The notes beneath the pieces are model-generated. The model was not told the DNA's origin. It was given only the letters and a program-made list of their open reading frames with translations, and ran no database searches. A stretch of DNA of 64,000 nt from Dimorphilus gyrociliatus (taxonomy: Eukaryota; Animalia; Annelida). Both the position numbers and the translations under genes were made by a program. Each line of letters starts with the position of its first letter. Within the stretch, counting starts at the first letter, position 1. The stretch spans positions 248,001-312,000 of the forward strand of contig CAJFCJ010000019.1 of assembly GCA_904063045.1 (NCBI GenBank), written 5' to 3'. Below are positions 26,601 through 37,950 of this stretch, in pieces.

Positions 26601-29600
26601 GACAAATCGACCAAAATAGAAAGTTTCTTATTAAATTAGGCGTTACTAACTGCTTTGATAGTTCTTCGAGTTCTTTCTTTGGGATTAAAGGCCTACTCAG
26701 CTTAATTTCCAACATTAAATAGGAAATATTCTCTTCATACTGCATTCCTTCCGTGTTAACAGGAATTTGCCCATCACCCTCAGCAACAGTTTCATTACCA
26801 GGTTTCGAAGTGGCCTTTTAATGAAAAGAAAATTCGATTAATTAAAGATATTTTTAAACACACCATCTCTAAACCTATAATAAACAACATTCGAAAGAAA
26901 ACTGAAATAAAAATGACAAGATTTATGTTCCAAAAAATGATTTATGATTTATCTATTTATATAATTCATATATATATATATATATATAAAGATAATACAC
27001 ATATATAATCTGTATATATATATATATATAAGTTAATATTTTAAAAAATTATCTTGATATATTGATATTCCTATTCATCACGCCAGTCCAATTTTAAGGG
27101 GGAAAAAATAGTCTGTTTTTTTTTTCCAATTATTTTAATAACTTTATTTTTAGAACTGTTGATTTGAAAGGTTAGGAAAGAACGGCGGGAAAAAGCGACA
27201 GATATTTTAGCGCCATTTAGCTTTTCCAACCAACCTCATCCATCATGGTGTAGTACTGTTTAGGTTAGTCGATTAAAATGTTAAAAACTCAATAAAAAAG
27301 AAATAAATAAATTAAAAGAAAACAAATAGATTTGTAAATTAATAAATAAATTAATTGGACTTTTGATTATTTAGTTTCTGTAGCATCCTTCTTAATGATA
27401 AATATACAAATTGGGTTATAAAATATACAAAATTAAGCACACTGCCACAGAATCTAAATCTTATCTATTAAAATAAATAACTAAAACGGTTCTTGTTTTT
27501 TTTTTTAGAGGTAAACGATTGTTACGCATGCTGCAAGATGCTTTTGGTGAAGGAGTTTTTGTGTCACTATGGGCCTATACCATTATAGTCTCCAATCTCC
27601 TACCCACAGTTGGTGGTACTGTACTTTTCAATTTTCTTGCAGCTGGCCCATCCATGCTCAACTATTAATTTTATTTTATTTGTTTTTTTCTCTTTTTAGT
27701 TATTTTTTTAGTTGGTTAAAAGTTTTTAAAAAGCAAAAATATTAAAAAAAAACAAAATATAAGTATTTGGAGGTTAAAGTTCACATAGTAACTCCTCCCT
27801 CATTTTTTTCCCTTAGTTTCAACTACGTTACTTTTTTTTTATTGTATAAATAATAGAGAGGCTCTGATATTTACCACTTTTTTTATTTCTTTTTTGTCGT
27901 CCTTACCCTTGCCACCTTTCCCAAAAGGTGAGCTGGCTGCCCTCGCCATCCAACCTTGTGCTAACTTAGTTGCTTCTTCAGCATGAGTTCCTTTTCTACC
28001 TGTTTTTTCTGTAACATCTTGTTCAGAAAAGGCCTTAACCTTGTAAGCGCCTCTTATTCTGCTAACTATAATTTTTTACAAAAGAAGAAAGATTTGTAAA
28101 GTTGTTTTATGTCTTAATTAGTTTATACCTCCAGGGTATAACAGAGGAGCCAAATCAACGTAAACAATTCCATGATACGATATATCCTCATCCTGGAAAC
28201 ATTAAATTGATTAACTTACTTTAATCTTAAATCTCTCTATCGAGAAATACTTTAAACAACAAAAAAATCAAACATCCTTAAAGTCTAAACTAACTATTGA
28301 AGTTCGATGTTTGTGCTGTTCGTGTAAGGTAAAATCCGTTTTATTACTTGTTGTAAAATAATTTCATACAATAAAACAGTTTGGAACAAATTTTGCCGGG
28401 AATCATTTGATTCCAGCCAAACAGGCCTATGTACATATTCATATTGATCTAAAATAGGTACAGAGGAAAACAGGGAAAGGATTTGGTTAGGAAACAGGAT
28501 ATTTTTGCTTTTCTTAACGAATAGAAATAAAAAACCTTTTTTTTTTCATTTGAGTATATTCGAAACGTTCTCTAGTGCAGATTATAATTATCTCTTTATC
28601 TCCCTACCATGCCAACAGTTTATACGTGCTAAATTATGTGAATAAGAGAGATGGTATTTTTGGCTCAGCTTTTTTCTTCTTGTTTTTATTACAAAAAAAC
28701 ATTTTTTCTTTATTTCACTCTTTCCTCTTCTCTTCTCTGTTTTCTTTTTTTCTTTCTCTCTCTCTCCCGCCCCCACCCCCCAGCTTTTTCTCTTATCTCT
28801 CTCTATCTTTCCATCTCTCTCTCCCTCTTCCCATCGTGAATTTCTATTGTTTGTTTGCTTTGTATAATTTGAAAAAATACAAAATTTACCATTTTATCTT
28901 CGTCGTCCATCGACGTCTAATTCGTTTTAATTCATATACTCAGTTTAAAACATTTATGATAAAAACTGTTCTTGATCTAATTACAAGCTAAAAGATCTGG
29001 CTACTTACTTTCTTTCCTCCTTTAGCTCCACCGCTGCCACCCATTCGACACACTTCAATTGGAGCAAATCGATTCTTGGCTATTTTCTCCTGAAATTTTT
29101 TGCTTGCTCCTGGCTCTAGATAGCATCTTCTCTCTATGTTCCAAACTAATCTATTCTTTTCCATTTCAGAATGATTACGAAAATCCCTATCATTTCGACT
29201 CCTCAATTCTCCATTTTCATCTTCTAAGTTGTCGTGGGATAAGAACGAATTAGGTATATTCACTGCTGTTCCGAGAGCTGCCCCAGGAATTGGCCATTTT
29301 TTGAATTTCGACAGTTGATCTTTGTCAGCGCTTGGTTTAACATGACCGGGAGCAAAAACAGCCAGTGTTTCTTTTTCAGATGTTTGCTGAACTGGCATAC
29401 AAGCTAGATACTGATGAGCTTGACCGCTTGTAGTAAAAGAATCAGGTGGAGAATACAATGATTCAACAGTCATAGACATCACAGTAGCATCAGTTATAGA
29501 GGGTAATATTTCATTTTCGATTGTTAACTGAACATCAATTTGAGGTATGGCATGTTCAGAAGGTAGGTTTTCGATAGGAGAACCAGGGGTGGCGTGAAGA

Positions 29601-30102
29601 GCAAGGGTGGAATTAAGTTTTGTTTGACCAAGAACTATGGGTAAAAGGTCAATTGTACATTGTCCAAGTGGTACAGTTTTCTCTTCTCTTTGCTTTTTTT
29701 CTTTAGGTAGGGCTTCTATTGCAGTACCTGCATTAATTTCGGCTTAATTACTTTTTTCTATATCTTTTTTGTTACTCACAGATAATAGGCTTTGAGCATA
29801 GCTCATCAATTAGCATATAATCATCAAAGCTAACACTAATAGTTGACTGAAAGTTTAATTCAGCATCATCTTCTGCAGTACATTCAATTTTTATAGACTC
29901 CCCAAGGGCCTTGTCATTGTGTTCTACTCGAACAAAAGCTGTTAGTGAATCTCCCCTGACACCTTTCTGAAATATCAACATATTAATAAGGAAACTACTT
30001 GGAAATTTATTGCTTTAAAACATTTACCAAATTACGTAAACGTAAAATATTTATGGTTAAAGTTTCAGGGGGCCGCATTTGAATAATTTCATGATCAGCC
30101 AT
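23649..30102 (-). CDS. CFAP70: Cilia- and flagella-associated protein 70 (TPR protein, TTC18)
   Basis: [36 protein letters not shown]-terminal TPRs and ending GFGNPEF* match CFAP70. Some internal low-complexity exons (27200-27820) unresolved. Confidence 0.9.
26969..27030. repeat. (TA)n microsatellite, two tracts, CFAP70 intron
   Basis: Visible TA runs at 26969-26988 and 27013-27030. Confidence 0.85.
28690..28830. repeat. CT-rich low-complexity tract, CFAP70 intron
   Basis: Pyrimidine-rich runs (tctctctc, ttttc). Confidence 0.7.
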
Positions 30103-30549
30103 CTGTAGGGCGATAATGTGTAAACATTTAACTTACGAATAATATACAAAGAGGGAATAAAATGCAAGTTTTTCAAGTATTATATGTTAAATCATTAATT
30201 ATTACCTTTCAAAGAGATTATTTTCACTTATTGTTTAATACTTCTTAGATGATTTCTAATTCTTTGAAGCTTGTTATAAAATTTTCTTCAGCGTCTGTTG
30301 CTATGGTGAACGAAACACCATAACAGTTATTACCGGTTTCTCTAGTTAAAATTCAATGCGCTCCTGTGGTAAACATGGCGACAATGACGCCAAATACTTT
30401 TGATGCCTGTAGAAGGAAATTGAATATCATCTGATCAGAGAATTTTTTCCGATCATTAAATGCGAAATATAATAGAAATTTGTTAAATAACACATTCGCA
30501 TATATTAGTCAAATTTGACAAACATTACTTTTACACGTTCAAATAAGCC
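30103..30549. promoter_or_regulatory. Candidate bidirectional promoter of CFAP70/ARMC9 with RFX X-box-like motifs
   Basis: 447 nt between divergent ATGs. GTTGCTATGGTGAAC at 30297-30311 and GGTAAACATGGCGAC at 30368-30382, each with one good RFX half-site. Confidence 0.55.
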
Positions 30550-33500
30550 ATGTCAGGGATTATCGCGTTTGAAGCCGAATTAAATTCAATAGTAAAAGAA
30601 GTGCGTAAAATTTAAATTAAATTATTTTGTTTATCACTGTCGGTCTTTTACTTGATTTTCAGTATTTGGAATTTAATGGATTGGACAAGTCGTCCGTTGT
30701 TTTTATGGAGGAATGTGAAGATAAAGATAGAAAAATAGCTCCACCAGATCCGAGACCCTTAACAAATCAAGACAATGTAGCCGCACAGGTACATTTTCAT
30801 TATTAATAGTGGGAAACATTCAATTAGGTTAAAAAGTTATGCAAGTAGAAAGTGTCTTAGACTCTTTGTTTTACAGTTATCGATTTGATTTATTTGTCTT
30901 GCATATTAGCTGACGATCTATCAAATATTCTGACAATTACTTAATAACTTTTTCAAATTACCAGTAGTTTCATCTTACATACTTTCATACAGAATAAAAT
31001 GTTGCAAGCATTCAACGTGGGAAATCGACGCAACTTTTTTGCCCTTTGGAAGGAGTATATTGAAACAAATGTCCCAGAGGAAGACCTTGTTGCACAAAAG
31101 CTGGAATTTTACGTGCATATCTACTTTGCCATCTTTCCTTTGAAGTATCCCGCTCAGGTGTTTAGATTTTAATGAATAGTATGATTAATCAGTATCAATC
31201 TGATCTTATCATTAGTAAATGAGAATCTCTTTACTTATTCTAAAAAGAATATTAAATGTAATATTATTAATCTTTGATGTAATAACACTCTCAAAATGAA
31301 TTTTTTTATTGATGATCTTCATTGAGAATGAACATAATATTTATTTTTCTATCAGGGCGGCGACCCAGTAGAAGAGATGGCTGAATTCCGAAATTTTATA
31401 GAATCCAAAGGATCGACTTTGAGCCAAACATCAGAGTTCCTTCCCTATTACGCTTTACCCTTCGTTCCAAATGCAAAAGTCCATCCATCTTTCAAAGAAC
31501 TATTTTCAGTAAGTTTATACGTCAATTTTATTGGCCGTTTATTACAAACGAAACATTAATTGACCTTTAACTGTTCTATTATTGTAAACCTTTGTAATTC
31601 GTCTTCATCCATTTGATACTGATACATTTATTTTCATATGGATCAAGCATATAAATCGATAAAAGGCTGGTTACCTTTAGCTATAACGATTTATGCGACT
31701 CTCCTATTAAACACACATATTTTTTCTGTTTAATGATTGTAATTCTAGCTGATTTCTGAAATTTTCCTAGGATTCCTGGGTACCAGACTTACAAGTGAGA
31801 CTTCAAAAATTCCTATCAATAACTCTGCATTCTAAACCTCAACCACGACTCTTCGAAATCTACAGAGGCGGACCAGGCAAAGGTTAGATTTAGATTAATG
31901 GAATTTTTGTGTATAGAGCGGAATGTATTAATGGAAGATGTAATTTAATTTTACCAACAGAAAACATAGTCTTACAAGAACAGATTGTGGACGCCGAGAG
32001 AAAAGCAGCTGCCTACTTGAAGCGCTTTAATAGATTGCAGATTGATTATCGAAATTTGATAGCCATAACAGCTGACCTCGTCGACACATTAGAAAGAAGC
32101 GTACAAGGTGAAATGGTTACACCAGAATATTTGGAGAAGATGTGTAGTCGGCTATTCAGTAATCAAGTTAGACAGTCCGTCAATTTGTCCAGACCAGGAA
32201 CGGCTGCTGAAATGCTTCGGCAATCTGTTCTTCCTCCCCAAGGGTTTCGTATTTACAAATTAGAGCTTTGAAGGGTTTTATTTTCTTATAATTCTTTCTA
32301 GTTTACAACCCGGTGAGAGTATGCCTAACAAAAGTTTGGATTACGACCGAATAAAGCATGATCTGACAGAGGGAGGAGAAAGACTTAAAGCATTACTTTT
32401 GCAAGCATTGCGATGGGTAGGCCAAATTTTTCCATACAATAAATTGGAAGCAACGATCAATTACCAATATTATTCCAATTAATATTTTATAGAGACTAAC
32501 GAAAACATCACCCGATGAGAGAGATCTAATAATGTCCTCATATGTTGAGAATGATCTGTTATCTTGCAGATCAATAATACCATTAACAGTATATATATAA
32601 AATTATCAATATAAAAAAAATATAATAAGGTATTCCATCAGCAAACGACGTTAGATTTATTGACGCATTCAAACGCCGTTGTAAAGGAGTATAAAGCCCG
32701 CTTATTGAATACGATAGCCTCGTTAAACGAAGGCCGATCCTACTTGTCTAAGCATGCTCTCCTCCTGCCTGCTTTGATGGACGCATTACACGAAGAGACT
32801 GTTGAGAGTCGATTCAGAGAACATGCGCTCGGTTGCCTGCAGAAGCTATCGCTTCGTCACGATCAACAGACACGAATGATCGATTTGGGAATAATAGAAT
32901 GGTTAGTTAAGGTCCTCGAGGATACTGACTCATTGAGCGAATATTCGTTAGAATATTCTGTTGCTTTATTAATGAATGTATGTTTAAGAACGTCTGGTAA
33001 AACGAGATGCTGTGCTAACCCTTCAGATGTACTTCGAGTTTTAGCGAACTTATTAGCCTTGAATAACAGAGACATTAATGCTTATGTTAATGGAACATTA
33101 TATGCTATATTATCAATGCAACCAGTTAGAGAAGAGGGTCGAAAAATGGGTTTGGAAGAGTTGCTTACAAGCTTAATGAAGGAGGAGCAACAAGATATGA
33201 ACAGACAATTTGAATTTATTATTAAACAATTAAACTCCAACGAACAGCACGATGAAGAATCTGACGCAGAAGATGAAGATGATGAAGAGGAGATACTAGA
33301 ACCCGATTTAGATAAGAATGAAATCGTAAGACCAGAAGGCAGAGAACTTGGTGGAGATAGACTTTTAAATACTAACTATGTAACTGCGAGTCCGGCTAGG
33401 TCAAAGAAAAAGGTTAGAAAAAATTTCCTTTATGGTCACTTTTTTCTTTTTCCAATTAATTAGTGTCTAATCAACTAATTTTTCGCATAATCGATTATTT

Positions 33501-34569
33501 ATTGCTCAAATACGCTTTTAACGATTTTATTTTTCTCCTTTTTCAAACACTGATACGCACAGTCATACGATTCAAATTCATCCGGTTGTTCCTCACCGGA
33601 TATTCTGTATGTTCACTCATCCTCTTCTATTTCGCCGCAAACTGAACAGGCTAGTTTGTCGGTATATATTTTATAAAGCATGAAGAGTAAGGAGTTAATC
33701 AGTTAATTAATTTTTTTTGTGCATGCCGACGTTCGTCGACCTTGTGTTTAAAGTTTGTTTTGTTTCGAACAAAAGCATTTTTTTAATGCTTTAGTTCCGA
33801 AATTCCAAAGTCAAATCCTTTTTTGTTTATGGTCACAACTAAATAATGCAGACAAATTAATCCTTACAATAAAAGCATCACTAATGATTAGATTTCAATA
33901 ACATGTGACCGTGAACAAAAGTAACAATGGTTTGAATAATTAATAAGCTTGAACATATATAGTCGATGCATGAATCTATTTAATAAATTAATAAACAAAA
34001 GTTCATTGGGGAAATTAACTTCTGGCCAATAACATTTGACTCTTTGTAGCAACTGGATGCCTTGAAAGATGACGAAATGCTCACACGACCTGTGACCCCC
34101 GGGCAACGTCATAACTCAACCGCACCAGTCGTCCATGTAAAAAATCCGAGTCGACCAACTTCAAAAAATTCCAGACCACCAACTAGGACCGGCTCCCGGC
34201 CAAATTCAGGAGAAGAGAGGCCATCATCAAAATCTTGTGAGTGAATTAAAATATTTGTTGTTCTCATTAGACTATCTTCAATTACATTCTACAGCCAATC
34301 ACAGTAGAGGATCTAGCAAAGGCCAGAACGGAAAACCGTTGAGTAGAGCTCATTATTGCTTTGTTAAAAAATTAACATTCTCTTTAAATACTTTTGACAG
34401 GGGTGAGGATTATTCAAATGCATTCTCCTCACGACCTAAAATTCCACGTACGCCTGATGCAAGTGGCGGTCGATCGAGTCAAGTGGGAAGAAGTGCCCCG
34501 CCGCAACCAAATTATTCAGAGTCCTTACCAACTCCTCGACCCGGTTCCGGCGGATCACAGTTGAAATGA
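30550..34569 (+). CDS. ARMC9: LisH/armadillo-repeat ciliary protein ARMC9
   Basis: [76 protein letters not shown]; multi-exon. Confidence 0.93.
33543..33620 (-). CDS. Candidate 25-aa small ORF nested antisense in an ARMC9 intron
   Basis: TATAAAA (33675-33669), Inr-like TCAGTT (33645-33640), ATG at 33620, stop at 33543, AATAAA at 33531-33526 and 33503-33498. No homology recognised. Confidence 0.3.
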   Translation of the reverse strand: MSEHTEYPVRNNRMNLNRMTVRISV

Positions 34570-34982
34570 CCCTAATCAAGTCTGTCTCTCTTTTTATGAC
34601 GAATTTATTCAATAAACATATTTTAATTCACCATCAATAAATTGATGTCCATACCATATTTAATAGTAGACAAGTATATTGACCGAACAAGTACATGAGA
34701 TTAGGTGAACTTTATGTTAGAGCATGTACTTTTTCGAAATCTCGAGGGAAAAGCCTTTTTTTAGGGATGATCCTAGGGAATATTTTTAAATGAAAGCATC
34801 CCTTGGTAATGTGAGATTTGCAAAATTATTAATAAAATCATTGCCGATATGCCCAGTAAATTTGGTGCGCAACTGAGAAGCTAGAACCCTAGGTGTATTT
34901 TGCTTACGCACATGGTTAGCTTGTTTGCTTTTGGCTATTATATAAATTTCTGCCAAAAAAACAACTATAAATTTAGTTAATC

Positions 34983-37487
34983 ATGGGTAAAATGAAAAGA
35001 AAGGTATGGAAAATTTTTTATAGCATATCGAATATGTAGAATATTTAATTATATCGATTAAAATAAAAAGAAAGAATCTGAGCGATAATTTCAGAACGGC
35101 TAGCAGAAACCATTTAACTCATACCAGTTGTTGGTAGAAAGCACATGCTTTTCTTTGACTGTTTCTGTTAGCTTGTTGAATAAATGCAAAATTCAATTTA
35201 CAATCGGGTATAAACATGGGGAAAATGAAAAGAAAGGTATTTATCAGAGTGTATTGCAACAAACTGGTGTATTGTCAGCGATTTATACAAATTAAAAGAA
35301 GTTTATAATAATTGTGTGATCGATATTATATGTATTTATTATTTACATCTTCGCAGTTTGAAAGTGGCGCTGCTACGAACTATATATCAAGAAATCAGGC
35401 TCTTAAGAAGTTACAGCTACCTTTAGCTGACTTCAGGAGACTATGTATCTTGAAGGGAATATACCCACATGAACCTCGTCATGTCAAGAAGGCAAATAAA
35501 GGAAGTACAGCTTCCAAAACATTCTATCTTAGGAAAGACATTCAGTTCCTTCTCCACGAGCCGCTAATAGATAAATTTAGACAATTTAAAGTGTTTATCA
35601 GAAAATATAAGAAAGCCATTAACAAGAAAGATAAGGAAAGAGCGTCTACCTTGAAATCAAACAAGCCTAGATATATTCTTGATAATATCGTTAAAGAAAG
35701 GTACACAAAAAGAGCTTTTGTATTTTCACTAAGTCTTATAAATAAACGTAAATTTCTCCTAGATATCCGACCTTTATAGATGCTGTGAGAGATCTTGATG
35801 ATTGCCTTTCTATGGTGCATCTATTCTCTATTTTTCCGTCTACAAAAAGAACTCATGGTAACATTATTAAGTCATGCAGGCGCTTGTCAGGTACTATTTT
35901 ATAATAAAATTAAAAATCTATTTCTACGTAAACTTGATATTTCAGTTGAATTTATGAATTACGTGATTTCATCTCATTCGTTACGAAAAGTGTTCGTTTC
36001 AATAAAAGGGTATTATTATCAAGCGGAAATAATGGGTGAAAAAGTGAATTGGATAGTTCCCCATCCATTGCCATATGAGCATCCAGAAGATGTCGATTAC
36101 CGAATAATGCAAACATTCACGGAATTTTACATTACCCTACTAGGATTCGTTAATTATAAACTTTACAATTCTCTCAATTTACACTATCCTCCTAAAGTGG
36201 CAGTTGACGACAAAGATGAGGGTGATTGGGATGATGCTGTAGACGGACGGTCAATATGTAATCGGTCCGAGAAATTTCTGGAAAGACTGGCCTCATTATC
36301 CTACCCATTATTAAAAGCGACAGATGCACCGGATGCTCCCGAGAATTCAGAGTTGAGTGACATGCACGAGTTGTTAAAGGAAGAGAGTCAAGAAAAAGCT
36401 GACATAGTTCTAGAAGAAGAAAAAAAGAGAGAAAACACAAAAAATCTATTTAAGGGTTTAAAAATTTTCTTGAACCGTGAAGTTGCGAGGGAACCATTAG
36501 CCTTCGTTATTAGAAGTTGTGGCGGACAAGTTTCGTGGGATTCTACAGCGGCTCCTGGGGCGACGTTTAGTGAAGAAGACGAATCGATTACATATCATGT
36601 AATCGATAGACCTAGTTTGAGCCCTATGCGCGTGAATCGCTCTTATGTTCAACCTCAATGGGTTTTCGACAGTCTCAATAAAGGGGAACTATTGGATGTA
36701 AAAAGTTACCTAATTGGCGCAGATTTACCGCCCCACTTATCCCCATTCGTCGTTTACGATGAATACTCTTATATTCCGCCTGAAGCTAGACCGGAAGGTG
36801 AAGAGGAAAAGTTAAGTGATATAGAGGAAGATGACGAGGAAGACGATGTAAAAAATGAAGATCAAAGCGACAGTGATGATGAAGATGAGGCTGAAGATGA
36901 TGAAGAAGTTGATGAAGACGATGAAGAACTAAGTGGAAATGAATCAGATAATGAAAATTCTGAAGAGTCGACGGTCGATGAACCAAAAGAAAAGAAAACC
37001 AAGGTTTTTTTACTTTTATTCAATAATAAATTCATTCTCAAAATATATATATACTGTATATGCCGTATAAAGATATATAAATATATATATTATATTATTA
37101 TATATATATACATAGTATATATTCTGTACTGTATATACTCAATATTTACTTAGCAAAAAAACACAATTAAACTCTGAATAATTCTTTTAGATGTCAGTAT
37201 CACGAGGTGTTGTAAGGAAACAACTATCAAAAGCTGAAATAGAGGATCAAGAGAAACGTGAGCATTTAAAACTGTCAGAAATGATGGCTTCTAAGAAACA
37301 CCGGCACGTCTACAAGAAGATTATGTTTGGCAAAAAAAGACTGCAAAAAGAGGTGTGTAAATATTTCAATTGATTATTTATTCTAGTTCTAATAATAATT
37401 CTTTCTCTACAGAAAAGAATATTACAAGAGAAGCGTGACGAAATCGACAAATTGAAGAAAAAGCGGAATAAAGGGAAAAATAATTAG
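34983..37487 (+). CDS. PES1: Pescadillo ribosomal biogenesis factor 1
   Basis: [39 protein letters not shown]-like region, PPHLSPF and acidic tract. Two possible first coding exons (34983-35003 or 35216-35236). Confidence 0.95.
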
Positions 37488-37950
37488 GTGCGTTCAGAAG
37501 AACGATTTCTCATTTTTTTCATTGCATAGCATATTGGTTAACTAATAAAAATGTGAAAAATAAATATAATAGAATAAAACAATCGACAATCATATTTATC
37601 AAAACAAAATCAGGAGAAAAAAGTAGACGATAAGATAAGCTACAAAATTTCCTATTACTTTCCGAGATCGAAACAGTTGTATTAAAAAAAATAATAATAA
37701 TAAATAAATAAATAGTAGAAGAATAGTGCGTAAAGAATTCTATTAGAAAAACTTATTGCAATATTGAAAGGTCTTTAAAAAGATCAACAAAACAAAGCAG
37801 GATGAGCCCGGGGCTGAAAAGTTTGCAGGAATAATTATTGTGAACTAGAATACCCTGATTGGCACGTTCTTTATACGTGTATACAGAAACAGTACAATTT
37901 TTGAACTCGTTGTTTTCTTAAGAGAGTGTCTGAGCAAATATTTTTGTTTT

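Noticed and set aside
28575-28991. Overlapping hydrophobic/low-complexity ORFs
   Set aside because: Products of a CT-rich intronic tract.
33499-33654. Minus frame [22 protein letters not shown]... as a selenoprotein or readthrough
   Set aside because: No start codon in frame, no SECIS recognised, TGA context unlike known selenoproteins.
35099-35172. tRNA or H/ACA snoRNA call for the PES1 hairpin
   Set aside because: No D-arm pairing or T-loop motif and no H box; kept only as a generic structure.
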